A stretch of DNA of 63,842 nt, filler included, from Thraustochytrium aureum (lineage: Eukaryota), in NCBI GenBank assembly GCA_012862495.1. It is 4 parts of 2 records of this genome, joined end to end, with 100 filler letters (N's around TTAATTAATTAA, not from the genome) between each part and the next. Parts side by side here need not be neighbours in the genome. Positions count along the whole stretch, not along the records: positions 1 to 17,841 come from BLSG01000379.1; positions 17,942 to 48,358 come from BLSG01000379.1; 2 more parts are not named here. The stretch is one strand, 5' to 3'. The notes under the pieces are model-generated. The model had not been told where the DNA came from. It made no database searches and saw nothing but the letters and a program-made list of their open reading frames with translations. How positions within the stretch are numbered: the first letter of the stretch is position 1; each line of letters begins with the position of its first letter. Below are positions 11,521 to 22,641 of this stretch, in pieces. A program made the translations under genes and the position numbers.

Positions 11521-13665
11521 ATGGCGGCCATGGCTGAGGGCGCAGAGGGCAGCGCGCTGCGCTGGCTCGCGAACGGCGAACTTGGCACGGATCTGAACAA
11601 GTGCAAGTTCGACCTGAGCTCGATCCTGTTTGGATGGGACTTTTTGTTTGCGTGGATGGCCGTGCTGGGCCTCGTGAGCGCCGTCGTGGAGTTCCTGCTG
11701 CACTACCTTGAACACCACTTCGAAAACTACCGCACCTACCTGCTGTTCCTGCGGCGCATCTACAAGGAGCTGACAATCCTGGGCATCATGAGCTTCGTGC
11801 TGATCATGGTGCGCGACTTCTCAGCTGAACTGACGAAAAACCAGTTCCAGATCATCGAGCTCGCCCACCTGTGGATCTTTGCAGTGGGGCTCTCGTTCAT
11901 CGCCCAGGCCGTCCAGGTCGCGCTCGCTCTCCGCAGCAGCAAGACGCGCTGGGACAACAGCTTTGCGTTTGGGCTTCGACGTATCGAAGAAAGCTACGAG
12001 GAGCTGCTCGCCTCAAAGAGCTGCTGCCAATGCTTGTCGTGGTGGCCGTGCATGACCCGGAAAGAGAGTTTTCTGGTGCAAAAAGTGAGGCTTTGGATCA
12101 TGCGCAAGTACTTTTTGAAGCGCAACAATCTTCCCCGCTCGTTCGAATTCAGCAAGTACCTTCGCAAAACGCTCACGGAGCACGTCATGAACGACATGGA
12201 GATTGGCTGGGAGTCGTGGACCTTTCTGTGCGTCTCGTTTGCGATCGGTTTCGTCGTCGCCAGGTCCCTCAACGTCCCCGAGGCCCCGCTCGACGTCGAG
12301 GTTGCCGCGCTATTGTCATTCTTCGTCACGCTCTTTCTCTTTCTCTGCTCTGCAGGGCTGTACCTGTCGATCGAGGTCGGAACGGTCAAGTTCTTGCACA
12401 TGACGGGGGCTCGCCGCACCTTCAACGTGCGGTCGCTCCTCGAACACGCCAAGACCCTGTACCAGGCCGAGGGGAGCGACTTGTTGGACCCGTCTGGCGA
12501 GCTGACAGCGGACGAGTTTCGCCTGGACATGATCCTGCGGGAGGGCGCGAACAAGGACCACATTGACTCGCCCGAGTACATGGCCAAGCACCGCGTGTTC
12601 GACCTGATTCGGGTCAAGAAGTACCGGGAGCCAGGCATCCTCCCGCTCTCCTACCCGGTGGCCTTTGTCAACGTGTTTCGCGTAATCATGCTGCTGCAGG
12701 GGTACGTGTTTGGCCTCACCATCCTGCTTTTGATCCAGTACACCGATATCTCGGGGATCTACGTAGCCGCTGTGGTCTTTGAGTTTGTGGGCCATGCCGC
12801 GATGGTGTCCCTGCTGTTTCCGCGGATCATTCGCAACTTTGCTGTGCTGAGCGCCGTCAGCGCCGTCAACGAGCAGGCGCTCAACGTTATCGAGGAGTCG
12901 TTCCTGTACCAACAACGCGCCAACGAGTCGATCTATGTGCTCGCCACGGTCCTCTACCGCGCGTTTCAAGCGGCCACCGCGGCGCTCGAGCACGAGCCGA
13001 ACGCTCCGCCGCCAAAGTCGCAAGCCAGTGTGCAGGCGTGTCTGCACGCGGTCTTTGAGGCGCTCGACGTGGACGGGAAGGGGGCTGTCTCTGCGCGCGC
13101 GCTCGAGCGCCGGCTGGAGGACCCCCCGTTCCGCCACCACATGCAGCTGCGACGCATTTGGATGGTGTCGCGGTCCATAAACGCGTACAAAGGGTTCACG
13201 TTTGGCCACATAGCGTTTCTCATTCGGGGCATGCGTCGAATGCGGCGCCGCGAGGAGGCCGCCGACGACGACCTCCACCGCTGCTTTCCCACGACAGAAA
13301 TCACCTGCGCCGAGTGCAAGGCCAGTGTTCCCGTTGCCGAGCTTGGCTCGCATGCGTCGCTGTGCGTCGCAAAGGCAGAGGACCGCGAGCGGCGTTCGAT
13401 TCGGCGTCCCGTCAAGATGAACTCCAGGTACTTTGGGCGCGGGGCGCTGTACGGGCTGCTGCGCCCCTTCTCGCTAGAGGGCGCCGCCGAGTTGGAGGGC
13501 CCTGATGAAGACGTCGGCCAGCCGTTCAACTTTTGCTTTGGGGCCCTTGGGTCGGCGAGTGCAGGGGCCACCATGGGCTCTGCCGTCGCTTCGCCGGCTG
13601 AGTCGCTTGCGGTGCCGATCGACGCCGCGCCCGCCGATGCGGAGGACCAACCGAGGGCGTCTTGA
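11521..13665 (+). CDS. MLO: MLO-family 7TM protein with C-terminal EF-hand-like motif and C2HC zinc finger
   Basis: MLO-type motifs VEFLLHYL..IYKELTILGIMSF, ELAHLWIF, FEFSKYLRKTL..MEIGWESWTF; tail has VFEALDVDGKGAVS and CAEC-x11-HASLC. Confidence 0.85.
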   Translation: MAAMAEGAEGSALRWLANGELGTDLNKCKFDLSSILFGWDFLFAWMAVLGLVSAVVEFLLHYLEHHFENYRTYLLFLRRIYKELTILGIMSFVLIMVRDFSAELTKNQFQIIELAHLWIFAVGLSFIAQAVQVALALRSSKTRWDNSFAFGLRRIEESYEELLASKSCCQCLSWWPCMTRKESFLVQKVRLWIMRKYFLKRNNLPRSFEFSKYLRKTLTEHVMNDMEIGWESWTFLCVSFAIGFVVARSLNVPEAPLDVEVAALLSFFVTLFLFLCSAGLYLSIEVGTVKFLHMTGARRTFNVRSLLEHAKTLYQAEGSDLLDPSGELTADEFRLDMILREGANKDHIDSPEYMAKHRVFDLIRVKKYREPGILPLSYPVAFVNVFRVIMLLQGYVFGLTILLLIQYTDISGIYVAAVVFEFVGHAAMVSLLFPRIIRNFAVLSAVSAVNEQALNVIEESFLYQQRANESIYVLATVLYRAFQAATAALEHEPNAPPPKSQASVQACLHAVFEALDVDGKGAVSARALERRLEDPPFRHHMQLRRIWMVSRSINAYKGFTFGHIAFLIRGMRRMRRREEAADDDLHRCFPTTEITCAECKASVPVAELGSHASLCVAKAEDRERRSIRRPVKMNSRYFGRGALYGLLRPFSLEGAAELEGPDEDVGQPFNFCFGALGSASAGATMGSAVASPAESLAVPIDAAPADAEDQPRAS

Positions 13666-14130
13666 CGCCACGCCGAGGCTGATATGGCGCGGCCCTTGGT
13701 GTCGTCCGAGCTTGCGCAGCCCGCCTCCGAAATGATTGATGTAGTTTGATAGATCGAGAGCAAGTGTGACAGATAGGTAATAGAGTAACTTAGCGCGTGC
13801 CTTCTCCCGGATGGGTGGATGGATCGCAACGGGCCAACGCGAGTACACAGCTGCATCAAGCCAGTCGCCCGAGGAACGCCCCGGCGCAACAGAGAAAGGA
13901 GCTCGACGGCCGAGGTGGCGCCGCGGCTGCCCAGCTCAACCACGTCCTGCTCGGCCAGTCAAGGCGCAGTTCAAGCCCAAACCGAGGAGCCGCAAACGAC
14001 GAGCAAAGCCAGGCCAGGGCACGCGCATGCAGCCCGCGCGTCCGCCGCGAACGGCCATGGCATGCATGTTCCCAAGGTCCCTTCGCACATTTTTCATCTG
14101 ACCAAAGTGCGAAGCAGACACAGTGCTAAC

Positions 14131-14230
14131 GCAGCCGAGTGCGCGGCAGCCGAGTGCGCGGCAGCCGAGTGCGCGGCAGGTATCAGCAGCAGCAGCAGCA
14201 GCAGCAGGGGCGGTAGGGGCGGTAGGGGCG
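14131..14230. repeat. Three 15-bp tandem repeats (GCAGCCGAGTGCGCG), then (CAG)n and GGGGCGGTA repeats
   Basis: Direct reading; about 300-400 bp upstream of the longin gene. Confidence 0.85.
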
Positions 14231-14505
14231 TTGGCGCGCTGCGGACTGCCGGCGCGCGGTCGCACACTTGCGGTTGCGCGGCGATAGCTCAGGACGGCCG
14301 CAATCCTCGAGGTCCCGCCGTTTGCAGCCGGCCCCACGCACGCTGGGACGGCCGGTTGGTGGAACTCGGCGCAGGGGCTGGGGGGCGCTCGCACCGCGGC
14401 TGGGCGGCGGCCCTGGCGCTCGCGCGTCGGGTCCGCCTGTTCCTGCGCGGTTACGGGCTGGAGCGGCTTGAGCCGGGGTGAAGGGGCCGGTTTTGCGAAA
14501 ACACG

Positions 14506-15244
14506 ATGTTGCGCAATGTGCTGCTGCTGAGCTCGAGTGGGCTGCTGCTGTTCTCGAAGGAGTTTGTGAACGCAGCCGCGCAGCCGCGGCTGCTGGGGTC
14601 TGTGGTCGTGGCAATGCTGGAAAAGTCGAAACAGACGACGGGGCTCCAACTCTCTTACATTGAGCTGAGCACGATCGGGATCACGATTGTGTCCAACGAG
14701 ACGAAAACTGTGTTTTGTGCCGTGTTTAACGACAAAGCGGACGGCGAGGAGTTTGGCAAGCTCTTGGCCACCGAGCTGTTGCACGCGTTCCTGAACAGCT
14801 ACCGCAAGGACCTTGCTAAGAGCGCGGGGCTTCACGTCAACGCATTTCAGGAGTTTCAGTTCAAGCTTAGCGCCGTGTTCCGCGATGCCGTGCGCCCCGT
14901 TCTTGACGACCTCAAGCGCAATCGCGCCGTAGTCTTGGCTTTGCTGGTCAAAGAGGACCCGAGGGTCGGGGACTCGTCCATCTTTTACGCCACGGGCGAG
15001 GTGGACCAGTTTGGCGTGCTTGCCAACCTGAAGCCGCTCATGAGCGCGGCCGCAGACATTATGAGCATCCGCCAAGGCGCGGCGTGCTCAATATGGCTAG
15101 AGTCGTCCCCGACGCGGGCGTCGCGCCTCTTTGTGCATAAGATCGTTGCGGGAACCTTTCTCGTGGCGCAGTTCAGCATGCGGTTCGACTATTCCCACTA
15201 CGTCGACGACCTGAAGCGGACGACGGGGCTGCTGGGGAAGGTCT
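14506..15244 (+). CDS. Longin-domain protein with possible roadblock-like second domain (3' end in gap)
   Basis: N-terminal NVLLLSSSGLLLFSKEF..LLGSVVVAM..LSYIEL..VFCAVFND..LLATELLHAFLNSY matches the longin beta-beta-alpha-beta-beta-beta-alpha pattern. Confidence 0.65.
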
Positions 15245-15662
15245 NNNNNNNNNNNNNNNNNNNNNNNNNNNNNNNNNNNNNNNNNNNNNNNNNNNNNNNN
15301 NNNNNNNNNNNNNNNNNNNNNNNNNNNNNNNNNNNNNNNNNNNNNNNNNNNNNNNNNNNNNNNNNNNNNNNNNNNNNNNNNNNNNNNNNNNNNNNNNNNN
15401 NNNNNNNNNNNNNNNNNNNNNNNNNNNNNNNNNNNNNNNNNNNNNNNNNNNNNNNNNNNNNNNNNNNNNNNNNNNNNNNNNNNNNNNNNNNNNNNNNNNN
15501 NNNNNNNNNNNNNNNNNNNNNNNNNNNNNNNNNNNNNNNNNNNNNNNNNNNNNNNNNNNNNNNNNNNNNNNNNNNNNNNNNNNNNNNNNNNNNNNNNNNN
15601 NNNNNNNNNNNNNNNNNNNNNNNNNNNNNNNNNNNNNNNNNNNNNNNNNNNNNNNNNNNNNN

Positions 15663-17488
15663 CTATGGCCCATCTTGAAGACGGTAATCTCCTCCAGCAT
15701 GGATCGCAGCTCCTGCTTGTCGATGACGCCGTCCCCGTTCCGGTCGTACCTCTCCCAGAGCATCTTGATATCGCCCGCTGAGAGGCCGGCGTCCTCGCGG
15801 GAGACCTCCTCGCTCTCGAACTGGCTCAAAAACCTGACCGGCGAGGCCCCCTTTTCCGCTCGCTTTCGCGCCTGCAGGAGGTAATCCTGCCTGTTCATCT
15901 CGTGGAGCCGCGAGAGCGTGCGGTCGAACGCAAAGATCTCGTCGATGTTGGACTGCGACGGCTTTGAGGGCGACCCAGCCCCGGTCTCCGCTGCAGCACT
16001 GCTACTCGGCGCGGTACCCGCAGCCTGCTCGACCTCAGAGCGATCCAGTAGATCGTCCATACTCGCTTCCGCGCTCACCACGAGAACAACCTTTTGGTCG
16101 TAGAGCGTGTCCACGAGCACGATGAACCGGCGCACCTGGTTGAGCATGTTGAGGTGCATCCGCGGGACCTCCTCGAGGAAGACGGTGTGGAACGTGGAGG
16201 CGATGGCGTAATAGTCGGCAGCGCCAAGGGGCTTGCCGCAGAGGTCCTCAAAGGTGAAGCGCGCCACATCGTCGCGACGCGCGGCCTGAGGCACGCGAAT
16301 GGTGCGGCCCTGCACGCGCAGCTTGCTGTCGTGGACCGTGTCTTTCTTGGTGAGCGTGTCGAAAAGGCGCTCGAACTGCGCCGCCTGCCCCAGCCCGCGC
16401 GCGGCGTTCACGAAAAAGACCGAGGGCGCCGCCACGAGGGCGCTCGCGGCGTCATCGTTCAGGCTCGCCGCGCCCTCCTCCGAGGACGCGAGCACCTTCT
16501 TCGCGTGGCCGCCTGCGGGGTTTTTGATCTGCTCGAGGACGAGCATGCGGTAGTCGACGTCCGACTGCACGTTGACAACGTCGAAAAGCCGCTTGATGTC
16601 GTCTATGAATGGAAGAAAGAGGTTGCGCTGGATCCCGTTTTTGTAAAGCTCGTCCGGGGACCGGTTGCTCGTGATCACGACCACCATGCCACGGTCCAAG
16701 AGCGCGTCAAAGAGGCGTCGGATCACCATCGCGTCGGCGATATCGGTCACCTGGAACTCGTCAAAGCACAGCACCCAACCCTCGTTGTAGAGGGCCTCGA
16801 CGCACTTGTCGATCATCTCGCTGCTCTTGAACCCGCGCTGTTGCAGAGAGTGCAGCATGCGGTGCACCTGGAGCATGAACTCGTGAAAGTGGACGCGGCG
16901 TTTGCCCTCGATGGGGAGCACCTCGAAAAAGAGCTCCATGGAAAACGTCTTCCCGCTCCCTGGGCCGCCGTGAATGTACAGCCCTCGGGGCGCCTTGTCC
17001 ACGCGGTGCCGCGCGACGGGCTCGGCCGTCTTGACGCTTTTTTCGGCGCCCCCCGGTGCCACTGTGGAGAAAAGCGAGCTTAGCCAAGACGAAGGCTTTG
17101 CGGCCGGCGCGGCGCCGGGGGCTGAGGGAGCAGCGCCTCGCTTCTTGGCCTCCTCGAAGGCAGCCAGCTCTGCCTCCCGAATCGCTTCAAAGGCGACAAT
17201 GTCTTCGCTCAAGCGATCCAGAAGCAGCAGCGCATGGCGCTGGGCAGGGTCGTCGCGGATCTCGTTCGCCGCAACCTTGCGATCGTACAGTTCGCTTACG
17301 CGCCCAGGTCTGTCTGGTGTTTGCGCGGCGGCCGTCGCCAAGGTCCTCGCCGCCTTTGCTTCGCCGGGCCACGCTCGGCGCGTCAGCCTGGCGTCGACGT
17401 GCAGCGGCGAAGCCGTAGCGATTCGCCTGGAGCAGCCCGCAGCCGCACGAGCCGCCGCGAGGGCGTGCGCGGCCGCGCGTCGTCGCAT
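15663..17488 (-). CDS. AFG1L: AFG1/LACE1 (ZapE-like) mitochondrial ATPase with C-terminal EF-hand (3' end in gap)
   Basis: Arg/Ala-rich presequence; DDPAQ; GLYIHGGPGSGKT (Walker A); RRVHFHEFM; LCFDEFQVTDIADAM (Walker B); TSNRSPDELYKNG; RRFIVLVDTLYD; FAFDRTLSRLHEM. Confidence 0.92.
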
Positions 17489-17885
17489 TCCTCCGTCCAA
17501 TGTTCAAAGGCAACGTCGCGCCCCGCCCACCTACCAACACCAGGACCGGCACCAGAAGCGACTACGACGGACACCGGCCGCGCACCAGCGGCGCGCTCTC
17601 CCCACCCGGTGCGACAGGGTGAGCGCCAGCCAGGTGCACGCGAGAAAGCAACTCTGCACGGTGCGTTTGTGGGTCTGGCGCAAACCTGACTTCAATCCTC
17701 TCGCCACTGCGGGGCCGCTCCGCTGGGCCAGCACAGCGCCTTGCCCGCTCGAGTCGCGGCGGGGCCGGCCTCGGCTGTGCTGGCTGGCGCGGGCACTTGG
17801 CGGATGATCGAGTTCGAACGGCCCGACGGATGGACGGATGGNNNNNNNNNNNNNNNNNNNNNNNNNNNNNNNNNNNNNNNNNNNN

Positions 17886-17897
17886 TTAATTAATTAA
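17886..17897. other. Artificial scaffold-joining linker TTAATTAATTAA
   Basis: Six-frame stop linker embedded in N runs; recurs at 48403 and 62255. Confidence 0.95.
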
Positions 17898-18892
17898 NNN
17901 NNNNNNNNNNNNNNNNNNNNNNNNNNNNNNNNNNNNNNNNNCGTCTTTCCCATACTCCGAAGTAGAGTACCTTAGAGTAGATAGTACTCAAGTAGTAGGC
18001 AGGTACCTGCCGCACACTGCAACAAAAACCACCACGCGCCCCCTCCTGCGCAGCTGGCTAAGCTGCGCGCTCGGGCCAGCTACCTCCGGAGGGCGAGTTC
18101 CTCCCTGCCGCCTCTAAACCCCGCCGCCTGCCCTTCTCCCAGCACGGGGGCAGGGGCGAGTTCGCCCGCGGGCGCGTTTGCTCCCTCTCGCTGCGCTAGC
18201 TAACTCTAGAGTGAGGGCAGCCGGGTGCGCACCTCTGTGGCGCTTCAACGAGGAGCAGGAGGAGGAGGAGGAGGGTGATGTGTGAGCGAGCGAGGGATTG
18301 AATGCATGTGCACAATCAGATTTCGGAAGCGACAAACGCGCCCGAGAGGGAGCGAGAGGGTCGGCGTTGTGGAGCGTCCGCCGCCTCACATCGCTCGGGA
18401 GTCAACGTTTGTTGTCCTTGGCCGGTCCCTGAAGAGTCTACGAGCGAACAAACGAACGCAGGAGGCAAACACGGGCCAAGAGTGGGGAAACCTACAACTA
18501 AGCCTCGGGAGCTCGAGAGAGGGAGCTCCTCTTCTCGCTCAGTAGGTTGCCCCCCAAACCATCTTGAGTTGGAGAGGCAGGCGTTTTATTGTGATTATTA
18601 TTTTGGTTTGGCTATTATTTTGGTCTGGTTATTATTTTGGTCAAGTGTTTTGGTGTTTTGGTGTTTTGTTGAGGTGGTTTTTTTTTTTTTGCCTTGTGGT
18701 TTTTTTTTTGCATTTTTGCACAACAGCAGGAGCAGCAGCACCAAGGAAGAGCAGCAGAGACCGTACGGACGCGCGCAGCAGCGGGTGGGAAGCGCAGCAG
18801 GAGCGCGGGAGCAGCGCAGGAGGCTCTCGCAGGGGTCGAAGCAGGCCCGTTGCGCGCAGGGCGCTGCTGCGACGCCGCGGCTCTGCGTGCTG

Positions 18893-18920
18893 CAGGCAGG
18901 CAGGCAGGCAGGCAGGCAGG
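18893..18920. repeat. (CAGG)n microsatellite in 5' flank of LPMO-like gene
   Basis: Direct reading. Confidence 0.85.
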
Positions 18921-18937
18921 GAGGGCTCGGCGACGCT

Positions 18938-20464
18938 ATGTGGGCCGCGCTTGGCGCCGCCGTGCTCGCCGCCGCGGCTGCTGGCCCGTGCGAGGCCGCG
19001 TACATGAAGGTGCCTGCGGCTCGGAACGTCGTGCAGGAGGGCGCGTACTTGTCGCCGCTCGCCATCGGCAACTTTAATGGCGGCGGCCCGGTCGTGGAAG
19101 CAGAGAATGGCCACGGACTCTGCGGCGGGGTGGTGACCGACCAGGTCGCCACAATGATGGAGAACGGCCCGTGGGCGCCCACGCCGCCCCANNNNNNNNN
19201 NNNNNNNNNNNNNNNNNNNNNNNNNNNNNNNNNNNNNNNNNNNNNNNNNNNNNNNNNNNNNNNNNNNNNNNNNNNNNNNNNNNNNNNNNNNNNNNNNNNN
19301 NNNNNNNNNNNNNNNNNNNNNNNNNNNNNNNNNNNNNNNNNNNNNNNNNNNNNNNNNNNNNNNNNNNNNNNNNNNNNNNNNNNNNNNNNNNNNNNNNNNN
19401 NNGATTTTGGCTGGTTCGAGTTCCGCCTCTGCGTGCGCGACAGCGCAGGCGTCGTGACGACCCAGGAATGCCTCAACGAGCACGTGCTCGAGTTTGACCC
19501 AGAGTACACCCAGCAGTCGTACACAAGCAACATGCGCGACGGTTTGAAAAGCCCTGCAGACGTTCTCGGCGCCGGGGCGGTTGATCCCGACCACGTGGCG
19601 TCCCTCTGCGACAACCTGCCCTCCGCCCCGTTCGGCAGCTGCTGCAAGTCCGGAGGGACCTGCTCACCAGAGAGCGAGAACAAGAATCGCTGGGTCCTGC
19701 CCAAGCCCAACACGGACGGCCCAGACGGCGCCTCGCTCTACAAAATGCGATACCAGCTGCCCCGCGACGTGAGTGGGCCAAACATGGTCTTGCAGGCGTA
19801 CTACCAGACCGGTGCGGTCAACAAACACCCCGAGGGCTTTTGGAACTGCGCCGACTTTACCATCATCCCAACTGTCGAGGAAGAGTCGTCGCTCGTCGGC
19901 CCCGTGCTGGGCGGCGTCATGGCCGGCCTCTTGTTTATTGGCGCCGGGTACTACGTGCATTCTTCACGGAAGAACGAGAGCGGCGGGGTCGCCACCTCGC
20001 GACACCACGGCGCCCCCAAGCAGACCTGGCTCGGCGGCTTGTTCAGCGCCTCCTCCGGGGGCTCCACCAAGGCCAGCGGCCGCGACGACCTCAACATCGG
20101 CCAGCCCGTCATCATCGAGCACAACACAATGCCGCCGTCGCCGATCGCGGGCATTTACGACCATATGGGTTCTCCTCGGACGGGCGGCTCCGGTGCTGGC
20201 CCAAAGCCGAAGGTGATGATCGCGCCGCCCTCGTCGCCACTCGGCGGTGCCAGCGCCGCTCGCGAGGCACAGTTCAGCAACGCATCCAGCTTTTATGGCC
20301 GTGGCGCCTCGCCGCAGTACCAACAGCCGCAGTCACCGCCGTCGTTTCAGCACTCGGCAGGGGCGTACCCGGCTCCGCCTGCTCCGCCTCGCAGCGTGCA
20401 AGAGTTTTCGACCGGCGGCTCCCAGTATTCCTCGCGGAGCGACCGCGACTCGCTTGACGTTTGA
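18938..20464 (+). CDS. Membrane-anchored AA15-like LPMO-fold protein lacking His-brace (internal gap)
   Basis: Signal peptide, YMKVPAARN, GHGLCGG, GWFEFRLC, TQECLNEHVL, YQLP, VLQAYYQTG, EGFWNCADFTI; TM VLGGVMAGLLFIGAGYYV; Pro/Ser-rich tail. Confidence 0.82.
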   Translation: MWAALGAAVLAAAAAGPCEAAYMKVPAARNVVQEGAYLSPLAIGNFNGGGPVVEAENGHGLCGGVVTDQVATMMENGPWAPTPPXXXXXXXXXXXXXXXXXXXXXXXXXXXXXXXXXXXXXXXXXXXXXXXXXXXXXXXXXXXXXXXXXXXXXXXDFGWFEFRLCVRDSAGVVTTQECLNEHVLEFDPEYTQQSYTSNMRDGLKSPADVLGAGAVDPDHVASLCDNLPSAPFGSCCKSGGTCSPESENKNRWVLPKPNTDGPDGASLYKMRYQLPRDVSGPNMVLQAYYQTGAVNKHPEGFWNCADFTIIPTVEEESSLVGPVLGGVMAGLLFIGAGYYVHSSRKNESGGVATSRHHGAPKQTWLGGLFSASSGGSTKASGRDDLNIGQPVIIEHNTMPPSPIAGIYDHMGSPRTGGSGAGPKPKVMIAPPSSPLGGASAAREAQFSNASSFYGRGASPQYQQPQSPPSFQHSAGAYPAPPAPPRSVQEFSTGGSQYSSRSDRDSLDV

Positions 20465-21677
20465 TTTCCTCTGTTTTTTTCTTCTTCTCCCTCTTCTCCC
20501 TCCTCCCTCCCTTTTGATATTCGCTTCTCCGCGGCTTCGCGCAAACCGTTGTTGAGAGCGAACAGTTGCAAGATTGTTGGCCAACGCGGCGCCAGGCCCG
20601 CCGTGCCAAAAGGCCATGCAACGAAACCTTTGTGCGCTGCCTGCTGCCCGCTATTGGCCCGGCCATCGGTCGACGAATCAGGGCAGCGCTCCTGTGTTCT
20701 GGAGCCCTTCCAACGACCGACCAGCATCGGGCCTCGCCACAGCAGAGCTAGAGTGAGTTTTAAGGATTCCTCCAGGCTCCGCGCACGCGAAGCTGCAAAA
20801 CATACGTTCGCGTCTGAGGAGCACCATCACTCTACAATGACATGAGCTCCTGCCTGAGGCCGCGGCTACCCCAGCCGCGTCCAGCTTGCCTGCAGCCCGC
20901 GCCAATCCATGGACAACTTGAAGGGGCACAAAAGTTGGAGAATCGCCAGAAACTCGAGGCGAGTCGACGCCGCGCGTGACGCGTCTTGTGCTCGAGCGCC
21001 CCCCGGGGCGCAGCAGAGGAGCACCTCCCCGGTGTCGCGCAAAAACCTTGCCGCCTCATTGGACTCCGCCGGGATCTGTCCAAGTCGTTTGAAGACCCGA
21101 GCAACTCGACAATGGTGCTGCAATGCCATCAGAGCCGGTAGGTCCGTTGACGTCCACTTGCGCGTCATGGCGCGCCAACGTATGAGGGGGTTTTCCACGG
21201 GCGTTCTCGCACAGGGCTTACGCGTAGGTCTCACTGGACTCTGGCGTAACTGCTGATGGTGTATCTACAGAGAGACAGAGAGGCGATTATGCTCAACAAG
21301 AGTTGATTGAAGCGACGAGAAATCGACAGTGGCGGCGTCAGGGTGGCAGCTGAGAAGCAGAGCGATTGCTCTGGGGCTTTCCCAAAGCGGCGGTTTGTCG
21401 GCGGCCCTGAACCCGTATTCTTCCTCGCTGATGACGCGCCTTCGAAAACAATCAGGAGGGTGACAAACCCGATTCGCATCCTTTCAGCCGGGACAGGATT
21501 GCTCGCTCCAGTTGATGGGAGCCGGGCGCACCGACCCTATCGGCCTCGAAAGCGCTCGCGCAACAAGCAAACACGAGTCGACGCTGAGCGCACGGGCCCA
21601 GGTCAACGCGCCACACCAAAGCCGCCGAAGCAATCGCGCGCCGGCGCAGCAACGAGAGGAGGGAGTACAGCAGGGCT

Positions 21678-22641
21678 ATGTCAACAGTTGCGCAACTCAT
21701 TTTCGCGCGCAGCGCAACGGGTATCCTCGTCGCTGACCTGCTAGTTCTCGCTCTCGCGTATGCGCTTCGGCATCGGAGTAAGTTTGGGCTACAGTCAAGC
21801 CTATTCAGACCTTTTCGCACAATCCTTCTCGGGGACAGCATCCTCGTGTCTACACAACTCTTCCACCAGGTGACAATAGCGAGCGGGATGGCCACGTTGC
21901 CGATTGAGAGCAGCACCTGCAATATGCTGACGTTCGCTTGGCTCTGGTCCATGCTCCTTCACATGGTCGGCCTTAGCTCGTTCTGGATCAACACGTGGAT
22001 CACGTTCAAGCGCATCGAGGAGCGCGGCAGGCGCAGCGCCAACAGCAACATTACAAACCCTGGTCTGCTACACAGCGGGCTGGTGATTCTCAGTTTTTGT
22101 GTCGCCGTGTTCTGGTTCGCTGCCGCGAAGGGCCACAGAGTCGATCGGCATGGTCCACGATCTACTTTGCGGGGTTAAGTGGAACAGCCTAAACGGGATG
22201 TTCGGCATGGCGAGCGCTGCGCTCAGCGGTTCTCTCGTTGTCGTTTTCTCGTTCAAGAGCCTGGCGCTCATCCCCTCCATTCTGGGCAAGCTCGGCCTCT
22301 CGCGCACCGCCGCAGAGAGGGTGGTGCTGCGCGAGCTCTACACGCTTAGCGCTTGTGCCACGGCGGTCTTTGCGACAACGTGGCTTCCAGGGATGGTCTT
22401 CATCGCGGTTGAGCGCGGCGGCGGCAAGCTACCGACGCAGGCCTGGGTCGCCGCCAACCTACTCGCGCTGGCCCACCCAATTCCGGACACTGTCCTCTGC
22501 TACTCACGCCGTCACTGCTCCGTACGTTCCGCAAGTCGCCCACGCTCTGGGTCACGTCACGTCGAGCTGTCACGCGCATCTCGTCCTTCGCTATCAGCGT
22601 CGCAGCAGCAGGGCACGCCTCGACGAAAACAGGTTCGCTGA
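21678..22641 (+). CDS. 7TM GPCR-like receptor (frameshift near 22130; tail may extend to about 23087)
   Basis: Seven hydrophobic segments, Cys at start of TM3 (STCNML) and in ECL2 (LLCGVKW), TM6 TTWLPG, TM7 AHPIPDTVLCY. Confidence 0.7.

Noticed and set aside
17886..17897. TTAATTAATTAA palindrome as a biological motif or piggyBac site (also 48403, 62255)
   Set aside because: Always embedded in N padding; an artificial six-frame stop linker
18302..18937. N-terminal extension of the 720-aa ORF with an apparent TM segment
   Set aside because: The hydrophobic stretch comes from a T-rich low-complexity tract (possible 5' UTR intron) and microsatellites; the ATG at 18938 gives a proper signal peptide
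20866..21234. Short ORF with ARFLRDTGEVL, faintly like a ROCO COR motif
   Set aside because: A few residues only, with no other support
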